Below, piece by piece: positions 28,964-39,162 of a stretch of 64,000 nucleotides of DNA (position 1 is the first letter of the stretch; each line of letters begins with the position of its first letter). Made by a program: the position numbers and the translations under genes. The notes beneath the pieces are model-generated. The model saw nothing but the letters and a program-made list of their open reading frames with translations. It made no database searches and was not told the DNA's origin. This stretch comes from Bacteroidia bacterium (GTDB lineage Bacteria > Bacteroidota > Bacteroidia > J057 > JAIXKT01). The stretch spans positions 14,876 through 78,875 of the forward strand of contig JAIXKT010000009.1 in the NCBI GenBank assembly GCA_026932145.1, read 5' to 3'.

Positions 28964-29607
28964 TTAATAGGCAGGTTTGTGCCGTATAGTTTGTTTATTT
29001 TCTTTTTGGGTAAGGTGATAACCTTCATAGTCATTGTTATATCTTCATCTGGGCGGTCTGTGCGATTTTTTTTCACTTTGGCGATAGCATCAACGACCTC
29101 CATACCTTTAATAACTTTTCCAAAAACGGTATAAGCACCATTTAGGTGTGGCGTTCCGTTTGGATTTTGGACGATATAAAACTGGGAACCGCTGGATTCT
29201 CGCTTTGGGTTTACGTCATCTCCCATTCGTGCACCGGCTAAGGCTCCACGTATGTGTTTAATCGTATCCCGTATTTCTGCCTCTATGGTGTAGCCGGGGC
29301 CTCCTTGACCGTCATTATACTTATTATCATCTTTGGAATTTGGATCCCCCCCCTGAATCATAAAGTTATCAATAACCCGATGAAAGGTTGTGCCGTTATA
29401 AAAGCCATCTTCAGCTAATTTGATAAAGTTTTCTTTATGTTTCGGAGTCGCATCAAAGCAAATTAAGGAAATGACACCAAATTTTGTCGTAATTTCGATA
29501 ATTCGCTCTTGCTTTGAAGATAATTTTTTAGCAGTCTTTTTATTCCCCTGCGCAACTCCAATAGTTACAGTAAATAAAAATAAACTACTGATAATCAAAC
29601 GTATCAT
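28960..29607 (-). CDS. Cyclophilin-type peptidyl-prolyl cis-trans isomerase, secreted
   Basis: Signal peptide, then [23 protein letters not shown] and YTVFGKV. Confidence 0.85.
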   Translation of the reverse strand: MIRLIISSLFLFTVTIGVAQGNKKTAKKLSSKQERIIEITTKFGVISLICFDATPKHKENFIKLAEDGFYNGTTFHRVIDNFMIQGGDPNSKDDNKYNDGQGGPGYTIEAEIRDTIKHIRGALAGARMGDDVNPKRESSGSQFYIVQNPNGTPHLNGAYTVFGKVIKGMEVVDAIAKVKKNRTDRPDEDITMTMKVITLPKKKINKLYGTNLPIK

Positions 29608-29848
29608 ATTATAGTTGATATTTCTTTTAATCCTGCGAATTACGTAAAAAAAACGGATTGTTTAGTGAATTACCGCTATTTTACCCATAGCAACCTAAGT
29701 TACAGATATAGAGCACCTTAGAATGGATTTAACTTATTAGCTAACCACTTGAATTAGAAACAGGATTGATTGATACTTTAAATAGTTTATTTTCAAATAT
29801 AAATCAGTTTTTATTTTTTGATTCTAATAATTTCAGTTCAATTTTTTT

Positions 29849-29856
29849 TATATTTG
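29849..29856 (+). promoter_or_regulatory. Bacteroidota -7 box
   Basis: tatatttg, 22 nt upstream of the ATG at 29878. Confidence 0.45.
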
Positions 29857-29877
29857 CAAAGTGATTTGATTTAAAGT

Positions 29878-30885
29878 ATGCGTAAATTATTTTTATTCTG
29901 TTTTGCCATTAGTTTAGTGGCTGTTTCTTTTGCACAATCTAAGAAAGGAAATTTTCATGAGTCGCGGTCAGCACATTTTCCGGTTTCTACTCATAAAACC
30001 CAAACTGACTCTGTTTTGGAGCATAGCCCGGATAGTTTGAATTATACTCTTTACACATTTAACTCCCCAAGTTGGGGCTTTGTAACGGGAACAAACTCAT
30101 ACGGAGACCAAGCTTGGGCAGAGCGTTACAAGATTTCCGGTATGGCTGCAACCATTAAGAGAGCTATTTCCTTTAATTTAGGTACATTAGTAAATGCCTC
30201 GGATTCAGTTTCTTATGTCGTTTATGACGTGAATGCCTCAAAACTTCCCGGAAATACTTTAGCTACTAAGCGTTCCGCAGTTGCCGATATGGCTTGGGAA
30301 CTTCTACCGGGCGGAAGTTTGAGCGATGTTATGAACACTGTGGATTTCAACCCACAAGTACCACTTCCAGATTCTTTCTACATCAGTTGGGCAGTTCCTT
30401 CATACACCCCAACCACACTAAACGACACACTTGCTTTGTGGGTTAAACGTTCACCAGCTCGTTATGATTCTTTAAACTATGGCGTTTGTGCTACCAAATG
30501 GGACGACAACTCATGGCATGATGAATACAGCGAAAACACCGGATTACTCTTTGTGCTGGGTGTATTTCCTTTAATAGATGTTCAAAGCACTACTTCAAGT
30601 GATGCTTATCTTGAAAATAAAACTTTTAAATTATATCCAGTATATCCAAACCCCGTTTCTGAAACCTTAAACCTGCATTTTAACCAAAAAATAGCTTCTG
30701 AAACCTCCATTCATATATTTGATTTGAATGGCCGAAAAGTGTTAAATACTTCTTTTGGGAGCTTACCAGCAGGCGAATCAATCCAAAAAATTTCTGTTTC
30801 AGGACTTAACCCAGGTGTTTACACCTATGTTATCATGACCCAAGAAGGTGGCGGAATTGCCGGTGAATTTATCGTATCAAAATAA
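29878..30885 (+). CDS. Secreted protein with a T9SS type A C-terminal sorting domain
   Basis: Signal peptide MRKLFLFCFAISLVAVSFAQ. C-terminal FKLYPVYPNPVSETLNLHF ... GVYTYVIMT. Confidence 0.7.
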   Translation: MRKLFLFCFAISLVAVSFAQSKKGNFHESRSAHFPVSTHKTQTDSVLEHSPDSLNYTLYTFNSPSWGFVTGTNSYGDQAWAERYKISGMAATIKRAISFNLGTLVNASDSVSYVVYDVNASKLPGNTLATKRSAVADMAWELLPGGSLSDVMNTVDFNPQVPLPDSFYISWAVPSYTPTTLNDTLALWVKRSPARYDSLNYGVCATKWDDNSWHDEYSENTGLLFVLGVFPLIDVQSTTSSDAYLENKTFKLYPVYPNPVSETLNLHFNQKIASETSIHIFDLNGRKVLNTSFGSLPAGESIQKISVSGLNPGVYTYVIMTQEGGGIAGEFIVSK

Positions 30886-30920
30886 ATTAACGAATTCAAT
30901 TTTAAACGGAATTTATTCTT

Positions 30921-30960
30921 AAATGAACAAGGGGAAAAATCCCCTTGTTCATTTATTTTC
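30921..30960 (+). terminator. Rho-independent terminator
   Basis: 15 bp stem aaatgaacaagggga / tccccttgttcattt, followed by a T-rich tail. Confidence 0.7.
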
Positions 30961-31034
30961 AACCCAAAACTAAACTATTATCAAAATTTTTACATAACAA
31001 AAAATCCGTGGTATTTTGTTTGGTGAATAGTTAT

Positions 31035-31042
31035 TATATTTG
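31035..31042 (+). promoter_or_regulatory. Bacteroidota -7 box very close to the start codon
   Basis: tatatttg ends 8 nt before the ATG at 31050. Confidence 0.35.
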
Positions 31043-31049
31043 TCATTAG

Positions 31050-31784
31050 ATGCATTATAAGGTTTGGTTTAAGTTTTGTATTATCTGGTTTCTATGGCAG
31101 TATTCCTTTACTGTAATGGCTCAGGAAGTTTCTGATAATGAGGATAAACCGATTCTTCCTAAACCTGCCTTAAAGTTTGGATTAGGTTTTTTAGGAATAA
31201 CCTATAATGGAGACTTAAACGCAAACGAAGAATATTGGCATCGGTTTTATCCCGGAGGCAATCTTTCTTTGCAGTTTAACTCCGTTCGGAGACTTTCTCC
31301 CCAACTCAATATTGGTTTTTCTAAAATTATAGCCCAAGACAGAAGTCTTTTTCAAAATGGGCAAAAATCCAATAATTATGTAGAAACACCTTTTTTTTGG
31401 GGCAATGTTTTGGTTAAATATAGATTTTACAAAACTGGAAGAGTGCGCCCACACATCGCAGCAGGAATAGGTATACTCGGATTTAACCCTAAAGATATAG
31501 AAGGCAATAACTTAGCATCCAATCAACAAACTCGAGAACCTGGCGAAACCTACTCAACTACCGTTTTATTCTTTCCACTTAATGCAGGAGTTGAGTTAAA
31601 ACTAAATAGTTTTGTAGCTATTGCCTTAGATTATTATCGTTTTAACACTACCACTGATTACTTAGACAATGTCGGTAAACTTGGGAAAAAGCGCGGAAAA
31701 GACATTCTGCAGGGCTTACAATTTACCGTATTTTGGATGTGGGATTATCAAAAAATGAAGTTCGGGCGAGACCGAAGCCTGTAA
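31050..31784 (+). CDS. Outer-membrane beta-barrel protein (porin/OmpA-N-like)
   Basis: Signal peptide, alternating amphipathic strands, and an aromatic-rich C-terminal strand (LQGLQFTVFW). Confidence 0.55.
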   Translation: MHYKVWFKFCIIWFLWQYSFTVMAQEVSDNEDKPILPKPALKFGLGFLGITYNGDLNANEEYWHRFYPGGNLSLQFNSVRRLSPQLNIGFSKIIAQDRSLFQNGQKSNNYVETPFFWGNVLVKYRFYKTGRVRPHIAAGIGILGFNPKDIEGNNLASNQQTREPGETYSTTVLFFPLNAGVELKLNSFVAIALDYYRFNTTTDYLDNVGKLGKKRGKDILQGLQFTVFWMWDYQKMKFGRDRSL

Positions 31785-31830
31785 CCTTTTCGCTATTTTC
31801 AACGTAATGTAGTAACTCACGGAGAAAATT

Positions 31831-32346
31831 ATGCTCTCATTAATCCGTCCATTATTTTTTCATAAAATCATCCTATCTGCTTTTTTATTAGCTGTTTATT
31901 GTCATAGTAAGGCTCAATTAATTGATATGTTAGATAGTGATAATGGATTTTTTGGATTAACTTTTGGAAAAGATATTCGTGATTTCCCAACACTAAAACA
32001 TAGCCGTAAAGCTCTTTGGAAACATGAATACATTAATCCAAACGATTCTCTGTCTTTTTTGCAGGTAAAATTCTATAGCGTACATTATATTTTTTACAAA
32101 AATCAACTGCATTCTATCCGAATTAAAATTGAAGGGGACGAAATGTCTCAGCGTTTTTTGGCAATTCTAAAAGATTATTACGGAGAGGGCGAACAAGCTG
32201 GCCGCGCACCAAGATATTATTGGAAAGGAAAATTGGTGTATTTAGTTTATGACCAAAATTTATTAACCCAGAATACCGAAGTCCGTTTTGAAAGTGTATT
32301 GATACAAAGGGAATTAGAGAAAGACTATAATGCCGCTTATGAGTAG
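31831..32346 (+). CDS. Hypothetical secreted protein
   Basis: N-terminal hydrophobic signal (ILSAFLLAVYCHSKAQ). No family recognised. Confidence 0.45.
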   Translation: MLSLIRPLFFHKIILSAFLLAVYCHSKAQLIDMLDSDNGFFGLTFGKDIRDFPTLKHSRKALWKHEYINPNDSLSFLQVKFYSVHYIFYKNQLHSIRIKIEGDEMSQRFLAILKDYYGEGEQAGRAPRYYWKGKLVYLVYDQNLLTQNTEVRFESVLIQRELEKDYNAAYE

Positions 32347-32349
32347 CAT

Positions 32350-33591
32350 TTACTCAACATAGCGGCGAATCATATCTAAGGCAGTAAGTATCGTGAGTTC
32401 AATATTTGTAGCTCTATTTTGCCCGAATGTAAATTTTTTAGCAACTGTTTTTTCGGGTGTTTTGAAGGCTATCCAAATAGTACCAACCGGCTTATCTGGG
32501 CGTCCCCCCGCGGGGCCAGCTATCCCAGATACTGCAATGGCACAATCTGTTGATAACTGCTGACAAGCTCCGGATGCCATTGCATACACAACTTCCTCAG
32601 AAACAGCACCATATAAAGACAATGTTTCAGCAGGAACATGTAGTAGATTTTCTTTTATTTGATTTGAATACGCTACAATACCGCCCATAAAACTATGGGA
32701 AGCTCCAGCAACTTGGGTTAAGCGTGCCGCTATTCCACCGCCAGTACAGCTTTCGGCAGTTGCTAATGTCCATTTTCGGCGGGCTAAACAGTTTAAAACA
32801 TATTCTTCTAACGTTTCTGCTCCTTCTCCGGCAAAATTTTTACCGGTAATTTGGATAATTTGAGAAATTGCAGTCTCTATTTTTGGCAAAAATAGAGATA
32901 TTTCGTTCGATTGGCAGCGCAAAGTAAGCCGTAACCGCACCAAACTCAAATGAGGTAAATATGCTAAGGTAATTTGTGGCGGCAAAATATCCTCAACAGA
33001 TGCCAGCATTTGAGCTAACTTAGACTCCGGGATTCCTACAATACGAAAATGACGATGTAATAATGATTCAGAAACAAAACATTCTGATAACAAGGATATT
33101 ACAGATTTTTCAACAATTGCTTGTAACTCAAAAGGGACTCCCGGCAGCAAAAAAATCAACTTCCCATGATATTTCAGTAAAAGCCCGGGAGCTGTACCAA
33201 CCGGATTCGGCAGTACAATACAACCTTCCGGAATATCTGCTTGCTGCTCATTTAAGGGATTCATAGCAATCTTTTTAGCTAAAAAAAGGTCTATTAGGAA
33301 GTCGTATGTCGGCTGATGCCTAACTAAGGGAACACCCACACAACGTGCTATCGTTTTCTTGGTAATATCATCTCTGGTTGGGCCTAAGCCACCTATAAAA
33401 AAAATAATATCCCGTATTGGCAATAGACTTTCAAATGTTGATTGAATAGCTTTTTCTGTATCTCGGATACATTGCTTCCGGGCTATATCTATTCCTATTG
33501 TAGCTAACTGCTGCGCTAACCACACTGAATTAGTATCCACCGTTTGGCCAGCCAGTAATTCGTCTCCTATCGCAATAATTTCTACTTCCAT
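32350..33591 (-). CDS. cinA: CinA family protein (MoCF-binding domain plus nicotinamide-nucleotide amidohydrolase PncC domain)
   Basis: IIAIGDELLAGQTVDTNS, GGLGPTRDDITK, and C-terminal TLATAESCTGG. Confidence 0.85.
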   Translation of the reverse strand: MEVEIIAIGDELLAGQTVDTNSVWLAQQLATIGIDIARKQCIRDTEKAIQSTFESLLPIRDIIFFIGGLGPTRDDITKKTIARCVGVPLVRHQPTYDFLIDLFLAKKIAMNPLNEQQADIPEGCIVLPNPVGTAPGLLLKYHGKLIFLLPGVPFELQAIVEKSVISLLSECFVSESLLHRHFRIVGIPESKLAQMLASVEDILPPQITLAYLPHLSLVRLRLTLRCQSNEISLFLPKIETAISQIIQITGKNFAGEGAETLEEYVLNCLARRKWTLATAESCTGGGIAARLTQVAGASHSFMGGIVAYSNQIKENLLHVPAETLSLYGAVSEEVVYAMASGACQQLSTDCAIAVSGIAGPAGGRPDKPVGTIWIAFKTPEKTVAKKFTFGQNRATNIELTILTALDMIRRYVE

Positions 33592-33609
33592 CGCTAATTT
33601 TTTTAAAAA

Positions 33610-33987
33610 CTATTGAGAAACAGTGCATTGGCTTGTGCAGGTTTCATGAATAGTTATTGATTTTAAGTTAGGTAAAACTTTAATAAGTTGCTGAAAAAAC
33701 CAAATTGATAAATTTTCAGACGTTGGATTAATGAGTAATGAATCGTTCCATTGTGCTCCTAAGTCGTTAAGGCTTTGATGATCAAGTTTTTCTATCAATG
33801 GTTTAACTTGACTTTTGATTTCTCCGAAATCCATAATTACACCGGTTACGGGGTCTGGTATGCCGGTAATGCTTACTTTTACCTTAAAACTGTGTCCATG
33901 AAGTCTTCTACACTTATGCCCATCTGGAAAATTCGGCAAAAAGTGTGCTGCTTCAAAGTTAAATGTTTTCGTTATTGTTAATTCCAT
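33610..33987 (-). CDS. queD: 6-carboxy-5,6,7,8-tetrahydropterin synthase (PTPS family)
   Basis: FNFEAAHFLP ... CRRLHGHSFKV ... TIHETCTS. Length 125 aa. Confidence 0.8.
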   Translation of the reverse strand: MELTITKTFNFEAAHFLPNFPDGHKCRRLHGHSFKVKVSITGIPDPVTGVIMDFGEIKSQVKPLIEKLDHQSLNDLGAQWNDSLLINPTSENLSIWFFQQLIKVLPNLKSITIHETCTSQCTVSQ

Positions 33988-34053
33988 AAAAATATGGAGA
34001 AAGCATTTAGAATTTTATAGTAAATTTTTATTTTTTAGCTTATTTACAAAGAA

Positions 34054-34098
34054 AGCACACTTTCATCAGAAAGTAAATCCTTCTGATGAAAGTGTGCT
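34054..34098 (-). terminator. Strong hairpin downstream of the pspA-like operon
   Basis: 18 bp perfect stem agcacactttcatcagaa / ttctgatgaaagtgtgct with a 9 nt loop. Confidence 0.55.
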
Positions 34099-34130
34099 AA
34101 TTAGCTAATTGTTTCTTATTTGTAAAAGAA

Positions 34131-34427
34131 TTAGAGAAGTTTTCCGAGGTTCATCGCTATGCCCATATTGCCTTCGACTTTAATTTTTCCCATCATAAAA
34201 GCGGTCATAGCACTGCTTTTTCCTTCTACGATGTTCATTATATCTGACATAGATATTCTGATGGTGCAGTCCGCAGGTTTATTTTCGTTGGTAACTGCAT
34301 TTGGAACGTTTTTTCCGTCAATATGAACGTATTTGTCTCCGTCAATAACAAATAGTATAGCTGCATTAATACCGGAATTTGCTCCGGCCTTGCCACGAAT
34401 GGTTTCTGTTAGTTTTTCTAAACTCAT
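34131..34427 (-). CDS. SCP2 sterol/lipid-binding domain protein
   Basis: 98 aa. The ...SSAMTAFMMGKIKVEGNMGIAMNLGKLL C-terminus is typical of SCP2. Confidence 0.65.
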   Translation of the reverse strand: MSLEKLTETIRGKAGANSGINAAILFVIDGDKYVHIDGKNVPNAVTNENKPADCTIRISMSDIMNIVEGKSSAMTAFMMGKIKVEGNMGIAMNLGKLL

Positions 34428-34436
34428 GCTTTGGTA

Positions 34437-34850
34437 TTAAAAAAGTGTTTTGTCATTTTGAGCCGGTGTGTCTTTGAGAGAACCGGTTTCTTTGGGTTGG
34501 TTTATAATTTGTTCGTGATCTCCCAGTGTTTTGGAGTTCACGATAGTGTCTGGGTTTTCTTCATTTAATTTATCAATAGGAGTTTCGGTTGATAGAGTAT
34601 CCTTTTGCGGAAGAATCTGGTCATCAAACGCTGCTTCTATTTTGCCTGATTTTGCGTTTAAAGTGTCTATCCACGTTTGGGTATCATCTTCAGAACCAAG
34701 TCCCATTAATTTTTCTACTTCACGTTCGATTTTTTTTAAAATAGACTGGTCTTTAACTTTTTCTATAATTTGTTTTTTTGCTTTTAGGTCTTCAAGGAAT
34801 TGTTTTTTCATTTCTTCCCGCTGTTCTTCGCTGGACTTCCTCTCTTCCAT
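34437..34850 (-). CDS. Hypothetical acidic coiled-coil protein
   Basis: Very E/K/D-rich, with no TM helix or signal. Lies between the PspA-like and SCP2 genes, with 9-14 nt gaps. Confidence 0.45.
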   Translation of the reverse strand: MEERKSSEEQREEMKKQFLEDLKAKKQIIEKVKDQSILKKIEREVEKLMGLGSEDDTQTWIDTLNAKSGKIEAAFDDQILPQKDTLSTETPIDKLNEENPDTIVNSKTLGDHEQIINQPKETGSLKDTPAQNDKTLF

Positions 34851-34864
34851 ACTATTTTCAGGAA

Positions 34865-35608
34865 TTAGATATTGAGAGAATTGTTTTCAGAGTGTTTTTC
34901 TTGGTTGGAAGTGTTTGTATTGGGGGCTGTAGATATTTCGTTAGACCCTAAGTTCATTTCTAATTTGAATTGTTTTACGAGTTCTGCGGCGCGTAGTTTT
35001 TCGGCTTCTTCATCAAGTTTCATACCTGAGGTGTCAATAGAATCTAGTGCCATTTCCATACGGGCTTCATTTTTAGCTGTTTGCTCGTTTACGCGGTTTA
35101 GCATTTCATCATGGGTTTGATCTACGCCGGCAACTTCAAAAGATTGCATTGTATCGGCAATTTTAGCTTGCCATTTTGCTCTTTCGTGTGCTCGTAATGC
35201 TTCTTTGGCTTCGGCGATTTTTCGATCTTTTTCTTTCATAAAGGCTTTTTTGACCTCTAAGGCTTTTTCGTAAGCTTTTTTGGCTACGACAAGCTGAGAT
35301 TCTGTGCTGGCACGGGTAGTCTTTACTTGTTCTAAGCGGGCAGCATAACCGGCAGCAATATCATCACGGCCTGCAGAAATGGCGGCTTTCATCTTGCTAA
35401 CCAAATCGTTATACTCAGCAGTATATTTGTTGTTTTCCTTTTCTAATAATGAAACACTTGCTTTAACAGTAGCAATACTTTCGTTCATCTTAGGAACTTG
35501 GTCGTTTAGTTCACGAATGTTTTGCTCCAATATTAATTTTGGATCTTCAATAGCTGCTACTGCACCACCAAACAATGCTTTCAGTGCCCTCATAAATCTC
35601 TTCCACAT
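34865..35608 (-). CDS. PspA/IM30 family protein
   Basis: N-terminal MWKRFMRALKALFGGAVAAIEDPKLILEQNIRELNDQV and a long coiled coil throughout. Confidence 0.8.
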   Translation of the reverse strand: MWKRFMRALKALFGGAVAAIEDPKLILEQNIRELNDQVPKMNESIATVKASVSLLEKENNKYTAEYNDLVSKMKAAISAGRDDIAAGYAARLEQVKTTRASTESQLVVAKKAYEKALEVKKAFMKEKDRKIAEAKEALRAHERAKWQAKIADTMQSFEVAGVDQTHDEMLNRVNEQTAKNEARMEMALDSIDTSGMKLDEEAEKLRAAELVKQFKLEMNLGSNEISTAPNTNTSNQEKHSENNSLNI

Positions 35609-35630
35609 ACTATGTACGGTTTAAAAACTG

Positions 35631-35638
35631 CAAATCTA
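35631..35638 (-). promoter_or_regulatory. Bacteroidota -7 box for the pspA-like operon
   Basis: caaatcta on the plus strand is TAGATTTG on the minus strand, 22 nt upstream of the ATG at 35608. Confidence 0.45.
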
Positions 35639-35816
35639 ATATTAAATTTTGATTTGTTCAACCCTTAACAATATTTTTAACGTTCTCAAAATAATTCTAT
35701 TACGAAATAGATCTAAACTTTTTAGAAAAATAAAATGTTTGAGAAATAATATTTAAGTGTATTAAGTAAGTATTTTTTATTTAAAAAATTGTAACTACAT
35801 AAGTTTACTGACAATG

Positions 35817-37112
35817 TTAATATCCAAAAACTCTTTTGGAAAACCTATTACTAAAGATGTTATTGGGGTCTATATTTTTTCTCATAGCACTAAATTCATG
35901 AAATTTAGGGTATATTTTTTGGAATTCTTCTGATGTTAAATAAAAATTTTTCCCCCAATGTGGTCTTCCTTGGTAGGGTTTAACCATATTTTCAAAATCA
36001 CGAAAGTATGCTTCTGCCAATTTAGGGATACTTGTATAGGCTCCGATGTAGCAAATATCTCGCTGATATGCAGGGCTTAGCGGAATATCATCTTGGGCAA
36101 CAAACCGAACTTCCATCGGAAAATTCACAAAATGCTTATTCCGTTGTATTAAATTTCGGGTTTCGTCAATGGCTTTTGCAGCATTTTCGATTGGGATGGC
36201 ATATTCCATTTCATCGTGAGTAGGAATCATTTTACTAATGTTAAATAAGGCATCACTTTGGTTTCTTCTGATGTGCGGAGTAAAGTAAGAACTTTGAATT
36301 ATCTGATTCATTACGGTCGTCATTTTGGGATATAGGCGACTTAGGTAGATAAGAGCCGAAAAGCCAACTGTGGAAAGTCCGCTGGTTTCTAAAAAGTCTT
36401 TTAGGGAAGTTCGGGTACGTGGGCGCGTAGTGCTGTTGTAGGTATATACCTGAATTTTATTGGTATGCGGCATCCACCAAAGTTTACAGTATTCGTTTTC
36501 CTGTAAAATTTTATTTAAGTTAGCCAGAACTGTATCAAAATCAAGTAGTTTAAGTTCTTCTTCTACGTCAAAGGCTTTTTTGCAGTCAAATGTAATTTCG
36601 GTAATGATGCCAAGTAGGCCCAGATGTACACGGGCGTAGTTAAAGAGTTCTGGATTTTGGTTACGGTTTAGGGTTTGGGGGTTGCCGCTTCCATCCACTA
36701 ATTTCATTTCGGTAATATCTGCGGATAAAATTTGGGTACGGATACCTGTTCCGTGAGTTGCTGTGCCGGTATATCCGGCAGCTGTTTGCATCACAATAGA
36801 GCCAAAATTTTTGAATCCTAATCCGTTTTCTGCTAATTGGCGGTTTATTTCCCGAATGTTAGCACCTCCTTGAACCGTGATTTTTGGCTCTTCTTTGTTG
36901 ATTTTTAGGATGTTTGACATATTATTCAGTATCAAGACATCTTGCTCTATTGCCGGAGCATCCGAAAAGGACAATCCAGAACCGATTACTTTTAATTTTC
37001 GGCCTTCTTTAACAGTGTTTTTTACTATTTGGCAAACTTCTTCCTCATTGCGGGGAGAAAATGTTTTTTCAGGATTGTAAGTTCGTGTTCCTGCCCAATT
37101 TGCTATCTTCAT
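35817..37112 (-). CDS. FAD-linked oxidase, D-arabinono-1,4-lactone / L-gulonolactone oxidase family
   Basis: FAD_binding_4 N-terminal domain (KVIGSGLSFSD) and ALO-type C-terminal motif QGRPHWGK. The ATG at 37112 (MKIANWAGT) is preferred. Confidence 0.75.
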   Translation of the reverse strand: MKIANWAGTRTYNPEKTFSPRNEEEVCQIVKNTVKEGRKLKVIGSGLSFSDAPAIEQDVLILNNMSNILKINKEEPKITVQGGANIREINRQLAENGLGFKNFGSIVMQTAAGYTGTATHGTGIRTQILSADITEMKLVDGSGNPQTLNRNQNPELFNYARVHLGLLGIITEITFDCKKAFDVEEELKLLDFDTVLANLNKILQENEYCKLWWMPHTNKIQVYTYNSTTRPRTRTSLKDFLETSGLSTVGFSALIYLSRLYPKMTTVMNQIIQSSYFTPHIRRNQSDALFNISKMIPTHDEMEYAIPIENAAKAIDETRNLIQRNKHFVNFPMEVRFVAQDDIPLSPAYQRDICYIGAYTSIPKLAEAYFRDFENMVKPYQGRPHWGKNFYLTSEEFQKIYPKFHEFSAMRKNIDPNNIFSNRFSKRVFGY

Positions 37113-37226
37113 ATAAAATTCATTTTTGTAAAAATACACAAAAATCATAGGATTGCGTTATTACGTAATGGTATGCCGGTTTTTTTATGTTTTTACTGGT
37201 ATCCAACTTCTAATTAGATAAAAGAT

Positions 37227-37234
37227 TAACTTTG
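37227..37234 (+). promoter_or_regulatory. Bacteroidota -7 box
   Basis: taactttg, 24 nt upstream of the ATG at 37258. Confidence 0.45.
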
Positions 37235-37257
37235 CCTAAATTCTTATTGAAGTATTT

Positions 37258-38073
37258 ATGATGAAGTATGGGGTTCTTGGGCTAAGTGTTATCGTAATTG
37301 CCTGTATTGTTGTGATATATTTCTTTTCGGAGATGTTTGTTACTATTGAGACAGGAGAAAAAGGCATAATTTTCTATAAGTTTGGAGGGGGGTTAGATAA
37401 AAAAGAGGTTTTAGGCCAAGGGCTTCATACGCTTGCTCCGTGGAACACTTGTTTTGTCTATGACACCCGCATTCAAGAGAGTGGTGAGGAAATGGAGGTA
37501 TTGGCCAGTAATGGTCTTTCTATATTGTTAGATTTATCTTATCGTTACTCTCCAATACCCGAAGAAATCGGGTACTTGCATGAAGAAATCGGCGAAGATT
37601 TTCACCGAAGAATCGTAATTCCGGAGATACGATCTTCTACCAGAAAAGTTATTGGAAAATATTTACCCGAAGAATTGTATTCTACGAAAAGAGAAGTTAT
37701 TCAAGAGGAAATTTTTCACCAAACAGACGCTGCTATTAAAAAGAAGCACATCAAATTAGATGCTTTATTGATTCGCAGTATCAAACTACCGGAAACAATT
37801 AAGGTTGCGATAGAGTCAAAACTAAAACAAGAGCAAGAATCTATGGAATATGAGTTTAAAATTTCTAAAGAAAAAAAAGAAGCTGAAAGAAAACGTATTG
37901 AAGCACAGGGAATTAAAGACTTTCAAAATATAGTTTCTGAAGGTATTTCTGATAAACTACTTCGCTGGAAAGGTATTGAGGCTACCCAAGAGTTGGCAAA
38001 ATCCCAAAACTCAAAAGTTGTAATCGTGGGTAATGGAAAAGATGGTTTACCGGTGATATTAGGGCGCGATTAG
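37258..38073 (+). CDS. SPFH/band 7 (prohibitin-like) membrane protein
   Basis: N-terminal TM helix, an SPFH core, then a coiled-coil segment KQEQESMEYEFKISKEKKEAERKRIEAQGI. Confidence 0.8.
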   Translation: MMKYGVLGLSVIVIACIVVIYFFSEMFVTIETGEKGIIFYKFGGGLDKKEVLGQGLHTLAPWNTCFVYDTRIQESGEEMEVLASNGLSILLDLSYRYSPIPEEIGYLHEEIGEDFHRRIVIPEIRSSTRKVIGKYLPEELYSTKREVIQEEIFHQTDAAIKKKHIKLDALLIRSIKLPETIKVAIESKLKQEQESMEYEFKISKEKKEAERKRIEAQGIKDFQNIVSEGISDKLLRWKGIEATQELAKSQNSKVVIVGNGKDGLPVILGRD

Positions 38074-38110
38074 CAACTTACAGTATAGTTTTGTAGCAGT
38101 ATTTATTGGG

Positions 38111-38746
38111 ATGAAAGAAATTGGAAGCGGGCAAGTCCTCTACCTACTTAGACATGGGCAAACGACTTACAATCAGTTAAATATAGTTCAAGGGGGCGGT
38201 ATAGATTCTGCCCTAAATGAAACCGGCATAGAGCAAGCCAGATTGTTTTATGAGCGTTACAAGCATCTTGATTGGGCTTGTGGATATGCCAGCGCATTAA
38301 AGCGAACGTATGAAACAATACAGTTTTTTGAGCAAAAAGGTGTATCTATAAACAAATTACCCGGGTTGAATGAACTAAGCTGGGGTGAAATAGAAGGCTT
38401 AGAGAACTCACCGGAAGTACAGCGCAAGTTCTTGCGTGTAACAGATGCGTGGTCGAGCGGGCAGTTTGATAAAAGCCTACCCGGCGGTGAATCAGCAGAC
38501 CAAGTAGCCAAAAGAGCTATTGGTGCCATTCGTCAAATCCTTGCAGCACATAGTTATGGCCAGAATATCTTGATTTGCTCACATGGGCGAACCCTACGAA
38601 TCCTATTATCGGTGTTATTGGGTTATGGGCTAAATAAAATGCAATTTTTTAGCCATGAAAATACCGGAGTAAACATCTTAGTTCATCAGGGAAACTTTCG
38701 TTTTGCGGCTCTTCACCTAAACCGAACCGAACATCTGAAAAACTAA
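38111..38746 (+). CDS. Histidine phosphatase (phosphoglycerate mutase) family protein
   Basis: LLRHGQT catalytic RHG motif and a later SHG (LICSHGRTLR). Confidence 0.8.
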   Translation: MKEIGSGQVLYLLRHGQTTYNQLNIVQGGGIDSALNETGIEQARLFYERYKHLDWACGYASALKRTYETIQFFEQKGVSINKLPGLNELSWGEIEGLENSPEVQRKFLRVTDAWSSGQFDKSLPGGESADQVAKRAIGAIRQILAAHSYGQNILICSHGRTLRILLSVLLGYGLNKMQFFSHENTGVNILVHQGNFRFAALHLNRTEHLKN

Positions 38747-39162
38747 TTACCCTCCCACTACAAACGTATTTTACTTAAAATAAGAACTTTAATCTGTATC
38801 TATCTTCAATAGAGGGGTGTTTTTATGGGCAAAAACATCCTCAAAACCTTGTAGAAAATAGTTTTTCACAAGCCCTAAAATTCTATATCTAACCTAAAAA
38901 GATTTCTGTTGAAAAGAAATTTTTCCAGTATTTCATATTAGAAACAAAAATATAGAGAAAATTATTTTTTTTAATTATCTGATTATCAATATGTTTATTT
39001 TGTATAGAAAAGTCTATTGATACTGTCTATTTATTTTTTTATCCCAAAGCAATAAGTATTTATCAAAACAGAAATGCTAATACGAAACAAAAAATTTGGA
39101 TTTTCGTAAAAAAGATATTAACATTGTACCACATATTTATCCACCATTTAACATTAAAAGCC

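Noticed and set aside
38812-38842. A hairpin (gaggggtgttttt / aaaaacatcctc) in the 377 nt intergenic region after the histidine phosphatase gene.
   Set aside because: The stem is imperfect and there is no U-tract on either strand. This is too weak to call a terminator or an RNA element.
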